From assembly GCA_041598975.1 (NCBI GenBank), contig JBFHXM010000001.1, positions 1-31,139 of the forward strand: DNA of 31,139 bases, given 5' to 3'. The stretch comes from Candidatus Woesearchaeota archaeon. GTDB lineage: Archaea; Nanobdellota; Nanobdellia; Woesearchaeales; UBA583. Shown in pieces: positions 18,408 to 25,586 of this stretch. The position numbers and the translations under genes were made by a program. Position 1 is the stretch's first letter, and every line of letters begins with the position of its first letter. Below the pieces are notes generated by a model. It did not search any database, was not told the DNA's origin, and was given only the letters and a program-made list of their open reading frames with translations.

Positions 18408-19022
18408 ATGGTTGGGCAAAGATATGCTACTTTAGTGGGTCCGGTTTTTAAATTTAATCCTGATGGTGAGAGAAATTTAATGAATTTTAATTATGGTTTT
18501 TTTAATTTTGCCCCTATTAGCAAAGAGCAGTTTGGCACTATAGATGATAAAATCTGGGATTTTCTTCGTTCTATGGAAAGAGAAAAAGGATGGCCAGTTA
18601 CTTTGTCTAAACCTTCTCTAAGTTCTTCTAGAATGAACTATATTTTAGAAATCCCACAAAAAATGCATGATGGCAGAGATGATATTAATATGACTTTGTA
18701 TAAATTTGAAATTTTTGGGAGGAATAATGGTTATTATAGATTTTATAATTCTTTTATGGATTCTGTTTTTAATTCTTATTATTTTGAACAATTTGTGGCA
18801 AGCATTATTAAATTTCATAGGGAAATTTTTGATATTGATTTGGAATCAAATGGTAATTTTACTATTAATTTTGAAAATATGAGACAGCAGGTTGAAAGTT
18901 TTGATGAGCTTTATCAGAAAGAATTGGAAGAGGAAACTGAGAAGTATTTTAATGAAATGTGGGTTAAGGGAGTTGTTTCTGGTTTAAGTTTTCTTCGAAA
19001 TGATGCTGGAAATAATTCTTAA
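18408..19022 (+). CDS. hypothetical protein, paralog of 19077-19712
   Basis: ORF; shares blocks LMxFNxxF, IxDF, NxGxxRFxxSF, VFxSxxFxQ, IIxxHxxIFxIxL with the neighbour. Confidence 0.78.
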   Translation: MVGQRYATLVGPVFKFNPDGERNLMNFNYGFFNFAPISKEQFGTIDDKIWDFLRSMEREKGWPVTLSKPSLSSSRMNYILEIPQKMHDGRDDINMTLYKFEIFGRNNGYYRFYNSFMDSVFNSYYFEQFVASIIKFHREIFDIDLESNGNFTINFENMRQQVESFDELYQKELEEETEKYFNEMWVKGVVSGLSFLRNDAGNNS

Positions 19023-19076
19023 TTATATTTTTATTAGAATCATTAGTTATTTAAATAACGATTATTTACTTTTTTT

Positions 19077-19712
19077 ATGTTATTAAAAGATTATTTAATT
19101 ATAAGTCCACCTATCTTAAGTTATAATCCTCAAAATCAATTAATGGATTTTAATTTTTCTTTTAAAAATAATTCTAGTTTTGATGAAAAGAAATATTTGG
19201 AAATTGTTAATAGAATTAGAGATTTTCATGATTTTCTGGAAGAGAAATCTTTTTTCAAATCCAAAGTCACGAGGGAGAAAAATCCTGATTTAGATGAAAT
19301 CATTTTTAAATTTCTAGTTCCAAGATTTGATGATTTGAATACATTGGATCAAGTTTTGAATAGTTTTTATATTGTTGAAGAAAATAGGGGCATTTTTAGG
19401 TTTGTTAGTTCTTTTAAGTATGAAGTTTTTGATTCTCAGGATTTTAATCAAAATTTTTCTGAAATTATTCAAGCTCATAAAACAATTTTTCGCATTAATT
19501 TGTTTGATTTTCCTGATTTTGTTTATAGCGCAGTTGATATTGGAAATTACATTCTTGCAGATGAATGTTTGTCTGAAGAAGAATACGAATTAATGCAAAG
19601 AGTTAGATCTTGGGAATCCTGGCTTAAAATTTCTTCAGAAGTGGACGATATAGCAAAAAAGGCAGGGGCAAAATCTAACATACATTTCCCTTTAGATCCT
19701 TATCAATTTTGA
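19077..19712 (+). CDS. hypothetical protein, paralog of 18408-19022
   Basis: ORF preceded by a TATA-like TTTAAATA (19050-19057); same shared blocks. Confidence 0.78.
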   Translation: MLLKDYLIISPPILSYNPQNQLMDFNFSFKNNSSFDEKKYLEIVNRIRDFHDFLEEKSFFKSKVTREKNPDLDEIIFKFLVPRFDDLNTLDQVLNSFYIVEENRGIFRFVSSFKYEVFDSQDFNQNFSEIIQAHKTIFRINLFDFPDFVYSAVDIGNYILADECLSEEEYELMQRVRSWESWLKISSEVDDIAKKAGAKSNIHFPLDPYQF

Positions 19713-21723
19713 TTATTTTATTTTTGATTTTAATTTGTTTATCGTTTAAATAGATGTTTTTCCCATCACTTATCATTTGGATTTTGAAGAAGTCATCAAT
19801 TTTTATTTGGCTTTTGTTGTTTGCTGTTTCTTTTTCACATTCTAGGTTTGTTCCTATTTCGGCGTCTGTTTCTATTACACCTACCTTTTTGTTTTCATCT
19901 TCTACTGCAAGTACCATACCTTCGGACATTTCTCCTCTGAGTTTTGCAGGTTTAAGGTTTGCAACCACTATTACTTTTTTGTTTAACAACTCTTCTTCTT
20001 TGTAGTGATCTTTAAGTCCTGAAATTATTTGTCTAGGTTTTTCTTCTCCAATATCGATTTCTTCTATGTATAGCTTTTCTGCTTCAGGGTGTTTTTTAAT
20101 TGAGATTATTTTTCCAACTTTCAGGTTTAAATCAGAGAATGTTATTTCTCTTGATTTTTTTTCTTGTTGTTCTTTTTGTTTTTCTTCTTTTTTAGGTTCT
20201 GGTTGTTTTTGTTGAGGGGTTTGTTCTTCTGTTATTTTCTGAAATAGGTTTTCTTTTTTTCCTATTTTGTGTCCTTTTTTTACATTTTCAAATTTTTTGA
20301 AGTTTCCTTTTTCAAAGTTGTATTGTTCTCTTATTTTTTGAGCTTTTTCTGGCATGAAGCAGTCGATGTAGTCAGCGAACATTTTGATTGCGAATATTAA
20401 TGTATTGATGATTGCTTTTAGTCTTTTCTTGTCTGTTTGCTTCCAAGGCTCTACTTTGTTTATGTATGCATTTGTGTTTCTTATTGCTGTCCATAGTATG
20501 TCTATTGCCTGGTTGAATTTTAATTGCTGCATTGCAGAGTTGAATTCTTTTAAAATATTTAATTTTTTCATTAGTTCTGCTTCGTCTTCTGTTAGAGCTT
20601 CTTGAACTGGCACTTTTCCTTCGAAGTATTTTGTTGTCATTGTATGGACTCTAGATACAAGGTTACCCAGGTCGTTGTTTAGTTCGTTGTTTATTTTTTC
20701 ATTGAATACTTTTTGTGAGAAATCCAGATCGTCTCCAAATCCTCCTACACTCATTACGAAATACCTGAATTCGTCTGTTCCGTATTTTTCTGCGATTTCT
20801 ATTGGGTCAAGTGTGTTTCCCATGGATTTTCCCATTTTCTCTCCTTCAACTGTCCACCATCCGTGCGCATACACTTTTTTAGGGGGCTTCATTTCTACAC
20901 TCATTAAGAATGCAGGCCAGTATACCTTGTGGAACCACATTATATCTTTTCCTACTACATGCACATCTGCTGGCCAAAAGTCTTTCTTTTCATTTATTTC
21001 AAGGCCTGATACATAGTTGAATAATGCATCGAACCATACATAGGTTACATGTGAATCGTCGAATGGAAATTCTATTCCCCATTCTAGTGTTTCTTTATTT
21101 CTTGAAATTGAGATGTCATCAAGACCTTCTTTTACTCTGTTTATTGTTTCTTGTGCTTTTGATTTTGGAGATAGAAAATCAGGATTTTCTTCATAAAATT
21201 TAAGTAGCTTTTTTTCGTATTTTGATAATTTGAAGAAATAGTTTTCTTCTTCCATTGTTTTCACTTCTCTTTTGTGGTCAGGACATTTTTTTCCGTCAAT
21301 AAGTTCGTCTTCTTTATAGTATCTTTCACAATCCACACAATACAATCCTGAATATTTTGCTTTGTAGATGTCTCCATTTTGCAGGGATTTTGATAACATG
21401 TCTTGCACGAAGCTTTTGTGTTTGTCGTCTGTTGTTCTTATGAAGTAATTGTGTGAGATATTTAGTTTTTCTAATTGTTCTTTGAAAAATGGGATAAGTT
21501 CGTCCACAAATTCTTGTGGAGTTTTGTTTGCTTCCTCGGCTTTATTTGCAACTTTTTGTCCGTGCTCATCTGTTCCAGTTTGGAAGAATACCTCTTTACC
21601 AATATTTCTGTTCCATCTTGCAAGAACGTCACAAGCAATAGACGTGTATGCATGCCCTAAATGTGGTTTTCCTGATGCATAATAAATCGGCGTTGTAATG
21701 TAGAATGTGTTTTCTTTTTTCAT
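19675..21723 (-). CDS. metG: methionine--tRNA ligase, bacterial MetRS1 type, with C-terminal Trbp111-like tRNA-binding domain
   Basis: FYITTPIYY, HLGH, GTDEHGQK, single knuckle YCVDC...CPDH, YVWFDAL, GKDI, KMGKS; C-terminal NLKPAKLRGEMSEGM; start moved to the ATG at 21723. Confidence 0.96.
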   Translation of the reverse strand: MKKENTFYITTPIYYASGKPHLGHAYTSIACDVLARWNRNIGKEVFFQTGTDEHGQKVANKAEEANKTPQEFVDELIPFFKEQLEKLNISHNYFIRTTDDKHKSFVQDMLSKSLQNGDIYKAKYSGLYCVDCERYYKEDELIDGKKCPDHKREVKTMEEENYFFKLSKYEKKLLKFYEENPDFLSPKSKAQETINRVKEGLDDISISRNKETLEWGIEFPFDDSHVTYVWFDALFNYVSGLEINEKKDFWPADVHVVGKDIMWFHKVYWPAFLMSVEMKPPKKVYAHGWWTVEGEKMGKSMGNTLDPIEIAEKYGTDEFRYFVMSVGGFGDDLDFSQKVFNEKINNELNNDLGNLVSRVHTMTTKYFEGKVPVQEALTEDEAELMKKLNILKEFNSAMQQLKFNQAIDILWTAIRNTNAYINKVEPWKQTDKKRLKAIINTLIFAIKMFADYIDCFMPEKAQKIREQYNFEKGNFKKFENVKKGHKIGKKENLFQKITEEQTPQQKQPEPKKEEKQKEQQEKKSREITFSDLNLKVGKIISIKKHPEAEKLYIEEIDIGEEKPRQIISGLKDHYKEEELLNKKVIVVANLKPAKLRGEMSEGMVLAVEDENKKVGVIETDAEIGTNLECEKETANNKSQIKIDDFFKIQMISDGKNIYLNDKQIKIKNKIIKIDKDLKGNVC

Positions 21724-21805
21724 ATATATGTAGAAATGTATCTTTTTTATAAAATTATTTGTTGTAATTATAGTGATAGTCTGTTGTTTTTTGATTTTAT
21801 TTGAT

Positions 21806-22378
21806 TTAAAAATATAGTCTATTATGTTTAGCAAATAGAAAATCAGCATATTTTTCAATTTCAAAAATTTCATCTATATTTTCAAACTGTGATTCTTGTG
21901 GATTTGTTAAAAAGAATTCATCTTTGTCTCCAAGGTTTCTGTAAGAAAATGCACCTAATATGTTTGGATATTTTAAATTATAACCTAAAGCTCTGAGATG
22001 TTCAAGGCTTTTTTTAAGTTCTGGGTTTTCTTTTTGACTTATATTAACTGACATTAAACCATAATTGTTATCTTGAATTAAATAATACACCCTATTATTT
22101 TTTTTATCAAATCCTACTACAACTGCAAATTTTGGAGATTGAATTGATTTTGGATCAAAAACATGTGTTAAAAATCCTATTTCAAAATGTGCTTTTTCTA
22201 TCGGATTGACTTTAAGTATTATGTCATGGTTTAGGGATTCATTTTCTATTAGTACTTTATTTTCTGAAGATAATTCTTCTAAGTATTCTTTTGCTCCTTG
22301 AATTAATTGAGTTAAGTTTTTGCTTTTTTTTATTCTATCTCTAAGTTTGAAGGAGTGATTTAAAAATGTGGGTTGCAT
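21806..22378 (-). CDS. hypothetical protein
   Basis: 190-aa ORF, ATG start 5 nt after the aIF6 stop; no family recognised. Confidence 0.7.
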   Translation of the reverse strand: MQPTFLNHSFKLRDRIKKSKNLTQLIQGAKEYLEELSSENKVLIENESLNHDIILKVNPIEKAHFEIGFLTHVFDPKSIQSPKFAVVVGFDKKNNRVYYLIQDNNYGLMSVNISQKENPELKKSLEHLRALGYNLKYPNILGAFSYRNLGDKDEFFLTNPQESQFENIDEIFEIEKYADFLFAKHNRLYF

Positions 22379-22383
22379 TTTAT

Positions 22384-23070
22384 TTATAGATAATCTAGGT
22401 TTTCAACTATGTTTTGGATTTCGATTGTGGAGCACATTGAACCAAGTATTATTCCGTATTTGTTCCCTACTACTCCTGAAGACATATAATTGCTTCCTGA
22501 GTTTACAGTACCTAGTCCTGCGATTTTGTCAAGTATTTCTTTTACTTCATTTTCTTGGTATTCTTGTGATAGGAAATAGTGGTTGTTTAGAAATATGCAA
22601 GTTGAACCTATTGAGTTGAAATTGGTGTTTTTTATTCTTATTATTTTGAATTTGTTGTTTGTTTGTGTTTTTATTTCGTTTTCGAATCTTTTTGAATAGT
22701 TAGGGTTGATTAGCATTTCTTCATCCCCGATGCAGATGTTGTTTCCGTATGTGTTTTGTATGTCGCTTAGAGTTATTATTTTTATGTTGTGCCTTTTTGC
22801 GATTTTGTCAAATTCTTTTAATTCATAGTCGTACATTTGCGGAATAAATAAGTATTCGTCGTTTCCGTTAACGAAAATTCCAATTAGTTCTGTTCCAAGT
22901 ACTGTGAGATTGTAGACAGGTACACCGAGGGTTTTTTCTATCTCTTTTTGCTTTTTTTCAGAGATTTCAGGTCCAATGAGGCAGAATTTGTTATTTGCAA
23001 ACATGTATATTCCGATGTTCGGATTTCCTTCAAAATCCATCATGCTAATTCTTTTTTCAGTTTTTGTCAT
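22384..23070 (-). CDS. eif6: translation initiation factor 6 (aIF6)
   Basis: FEGNPNIGIYMFANNKFCL, LTVLGTELIGIF, GNNI, GTVNSGSNYMSSGVVGN...GS; start uncertain (23070 chosen). Confidence 0.92.
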   Translation of the reverse strand: MTKTEKRISMMDFEGNPNIGIYMFANNKFCLIGPEISEKKQKEIEKTLGVPVYNLTVLGTELIGIFVNGNDEYLFIPQMYDYELKEFDKIAKRHNIKIITLSDIQNTYGNNICIGDEEMLINPNYSKRFENEIKTQTNNKFKIIRIKNTNFNSIGSTCIFLNNHYFLSQEYQENEVKEILDKIAGLGTVNSGSNYMSSGVVGNKYGIILGSMCSTIEIQNIVENLDYL

Positions 23071-23227
23071 AGTTAGAAGATAATACATTTCCATTTATAT
23101 TTATTGGTATTTTTTGTCTTGTTGTTTATTTAATATTTAGAAACATTTAAAAACGATTTTGCATTCGATAAAGTAGGTCACAACGATAATTGTGTGAAAA
23201 ATAAATTCAAAGCAAAATTAATTAAAA

Positions 23228-23332
23228 ATGAAAAGAAGTTCAAGAAGATGGAAAAAGAAAGGCCAGATGAGATGGAAATGGCAGAAAAAGATTATGAGAG
23301 CTAGAAAGAGAAAAGACAGAAATAACAGATAA
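23228..23332 (+). CDS. rpl41e: ribosomal protein eL41 (L41e/eS32), 34 aa, absent from the ORF track
   Basis: Manual translation MKRSSRRWKKKGQMRWKWQKKIMRARKRKDRNNR*; carries the archaeal L41e pattern KRSSRRWKKKGxMRWKW. Confidence 0.9.
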   Translation: MKRSSRRWKKKGQMRWKWQKKIMRARKRKDRNNR

Positions 23333-23348
23333 AATTTTTAATTTAATT

Positions 23349-23903
23349 ATGTCAAAGATAATTTTAAATAAACTTAATTCTCTTCAGTTAAACAAAAGTT
23401 CTAAAAAAAACTGGAATATTACTTGGGTTCAGGGGGTTTTCTTATCTAATTTGGTGGATATTAAAAAGCCAAAGAATATCTTGGAGATAGGAACTTCTAA
23501 TGGTTTTTCTACTTTGTGGATTGCAAAAAGTCTTGATGAAGATGCTTTTATTGATACCATAGAGATTAATTCTGAGAGATTTGAGGAGGCAAAGAAGGTT
23601 TTTAATCAGTGTAGTTTGAAGAATGTTAATCCTATTTTTGGAGATGTTTTTGAGATTTTGCCTACTTTGGGAAAGAAGTATGATTTTGTGTTTATGGATG
23701 CTAAGCAGGAATTTTATTTGGATTTGGTAAAGTTGATTGAAAAGCTTGAATTGTTTGGCGAGGATTTTACTTTTGTTGTTGATAATGTTACTAATCATGA
23801 TAATATGGGGGAGTTTGTGAAGTATATGGAGAAAAATTATACTTGCGAAGTTGTTGATATTGGTGGCGGGTTTTTGATTGCTAAGGCTAGGAAAGGTTTT
23901 TAA
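23349..23903 (+). CDS. class I SAM-dependent O-methyltransferase (COMT/YrrM-TrmR-like)
   Basis: ILEIGTSNGFSTLWIA, TIEINSER, GDV, YDFVFMDAKQ, VVDNV. Confidence 0.88.
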   Translation: MSKIILNKLNSLQLNKSSKKNWNITWVQGVFLSNLVDIKKPKNILEIGTSNGFSTLWIAKSLDEDAFIDTIEINSERFEEAKKVFNQCSLKNVNPIFGDVFEILPTLGKKYDFVFMDAKQEFYLDLVKLIEKLELFGEDFTFVVDNVTNHDNMGEFVKYMEKNYTCEVVDIGGGFLIAKARKGF

Positions 23904-24063
23904 TAGGTTTTAGTTTTCTTTTTATTGAGAATTTCGAAAAACTTTGTTTTTTCTCAGCTTCTCAGAAGATAGTATTGTAAAACTTCAATCTTTTGCGTTT
24001 TCACAGCATTATTATTTGTGAAATTCACAAAATATTGTGTTTTCCAAAACTCTCTATTATAAC

Positions 24064-24157
24064 GGTCCTGTGGTCTAGCCTGGATGCAATCACTGCGTCC
24101 TTTGGACTACGTTCGGCACACTTTGAGCAAGCTCAAAGAGTATGTCAATAGCCTCCT
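24064..24157 (+). pseudogene. interrupted 5'-half copy of tRNA-Arg(CCT)
   Basis: 24063-24085 matches 24177-24199 (22/23); 24142-24157 matches 24200-24215 (15/16); a 56-nt insert lies between; no 3' half. Confidence 0.8.
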
Positions 24158-24177
24158 TGGAGGCATCTTTCCTTTAC

Positions 24178-24252
24178 GGTCCTGTGGTCTAGTCTGGATA
24201 TGACAATAGCCTCCTAAGCTGTGGATCGGGGGTTCGAATCCCCCCGGGATCG
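24178..24252 (+). tRNA. tRNA-Arg (CCT), CCA end not encoded
   Basis: Acceptor GGTCCTG/CGGGATC, D stem GTCT/TGAC with A20, anticodon arm ATAGC-CTCCTAA-GCTGT, T arm GGGGG-TTCGAAT-CCCCC, discriminator G. Confidence 0.95.
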
Positions 24253-24279
24253 TTTTTTGTTCTTTGGTTAAACTAAATA

Positions 24280-24287
24280 TTTATAAA
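24280..24287 (+). promoter_or_regulatory. putative TATA box
   Basis: TTTATAAA about 22 nt upstream of the ATG at 24309. Confidence 0.5.
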
Positions 24288-24308
24288 AGTTTTATTTTTT
24301 AATATATT

Positions 24309-24545
24309 ATGTCTAATTTGTTTGAGATATTTTTGATATCATTGTTGTTAATAGGTTTTTTATTCCTTTTTCTATATTTCATTTATCTTTTTAAAAAAGG
24401 TATTGTGCCAGTTACAAAATTTGGCCCTATAATTACAAGGGCTAAAAATCCTTTTGTTTTTTGGTTTATATGGTTATTTTATTTTATTTTTATAACAGTA
24501 GTTATTTGTTCTCTAATATATTTTTTAATTTCACTTTTTACATAA
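24309..24545 (+). CDS. small two-TM membrane protein
   Basis: 78 aa, two hydrophobic stretches around a KKGIVPVTKFGP loop; TATA at a typical distance. Confidence 0.65.
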   Translation: MSNLFEIFLISLLLIGFLFLFLYFIYLFKKGIVPVTKFGPIITRAKNPFVFWFIWLFYFIFITVVICSLIYFLISLFT

Positions 24546-24576
24546 GTTTTTTATTTGTGGGATTTTTTGTTTTATT

Positions 24577-25152
24577 ATGAATAAGTTGGATTTGTCTTTT
24601 TTTGAAGGAAAGTGTACGCTTGATGTTGCAAAAGAGTTGTTAGGGAAAGTGCTGGTTTTTGAGAGTTCAAAAGGTGTTATTAAAGGAGTAATCAATGAAA
24701 CAGAAGCATACACAGAAGAGGATGAGTCGTGTCATGCTTTTGGCGGCAGAAAGACAGCAAGGAATGAAGTGATGTTTAACAGGGCAGGGCATTTGTATGT
24801 GTACTTTACTTACGGCATGTATCATTGTTGTAACATTGTGACTGGTTTGGAAGGCAAGGGTGAAGCAGTTTTGATTAGAAGTGTGATTCCAATTGAAGGG
24901 AAAGATATTATGATTGAAAATAGGAAAGGCAATACTAAGAATGTTGCAGATGGTCCTGCAAAGTTGTGTTTGGCGTATGGTTTTGATAAGTTGCATAATG
25001 GAATAGATTTATTGGATGAGAAATCAAAGATTTATATTGAAGATAGTGATTACGTGCCTTTGGATGTTAAGCAGACTAATAGAATTGGTATTTCTAAAGC
25101 AGTTCATCTTGATTGGAGGTTTGTTGCAAGTAAGTTTTCAGGTTTGAAGTAA
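24577..25152 (+). CDS. mpg: 3-methyladenine DNA glycosylase (AAG/MPG family)
   Basis: VAKELLGKVLV, INETEAY, SCHAF, YVYFTYGMYHCCN, AVLIRS, GPAKLC, RIGIS. Confidence 0.94.
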   Translation: MNKLDLSFFEGKCTLDVAKELLGKVLVFESSKGVIKGVINETEAYTEEDESCHAFGGRKTARNEVMFNRAGHLYVYFTYGMYHCCNIVTGLEGKGEAVLIRSVIPIEGKDIMIENRKGNTKNVADGPAKLCLAYGFDKLHNGIDLLDEKSKIYIEDSDYVPLDVKQTNRIGISKAVHLDWRFVASKFSGLK

Positions 25153-25201
25153 TACATAATGTTTTTAAAGTATTATTTTCTTGTTATAATTATAGTAAAA
25201 A

Positions 25202-25540
25202 ATGTATGAGGATAGGCTGGTTGTTGGTTTGATTGAAAAGGTTAAATTTGATAATGGTGAGGAGTTTTTAGCTAAGGTTGATACAGGAGCTGATTCCAGT
25301 TCTATTGATGAGGAGGTTTTTGAGAAGCTAGGTAAACCGAAAATCGTTGCTTACAAGTATGTGAAGTCTGCTTTGGGCAGGCACAGAAGGCCTATTGTCA
25401 GGCTTAAAGTTGTTTTTCAAGATATGGAATTTGAAGAAAAGTTTACTATTTCTGATCGTGGAAATTTGAGTTATAAAGTATTGATTGGCAAGGATATTTT
25501 GAGAAAAGAGGGTTTTTTGGTTGATCCTAGAAAAAATTGA
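25202..25540 (+). CDS. retropepsin-like protease of the RimK-associated (RimB-like) family
   Basis: AKVDTGADSSSID aspartyl-protease-like motif, RRPIV, FTISDR, VLIGKDIL; directly upstream of rimK. Confidence 0.82.
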   Translation: MYEDRLVVGLIEKVKFDNGEEFLAKVDTGADSSSIDEEVFEKLGKPKIVAYKYVKSALGRHRRPIVRLKVVFQDMEFEEKFTISDRGNLSYKVLIGKDILRKEGFLVDPRKN

Positions 25541-25586
25541 GGGGGCAAAGTTATTTAAATTAGTGCAAATAAAAATTATTTAAAAA

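Noticed and set aside
21724-21873. 50-aa N-terminal extension of metG
   Set aside because: It overlaps the upstream ORF and is low-complexity; the MetRS core starts at MKKENTFYITT (21723).
24086-24141. 56-nt insert as a non-canonical D-loop tRNA intron
   Set aside because: No bulge-helix-bulge forms (exon CTGG would need CCAG near the insert 3' end, which reads AAGA), and the fragment has no 3' half in cis.
24064-24176. Nanoarchaeum-style split tRNA 5' half
   Set aside because: An intact gene with the same anticodon is adjacent, the fragment has an insert and a D-stem-breaking change, and its tail pairs with itself. It cannot be fully excluded without the rest of the genome.
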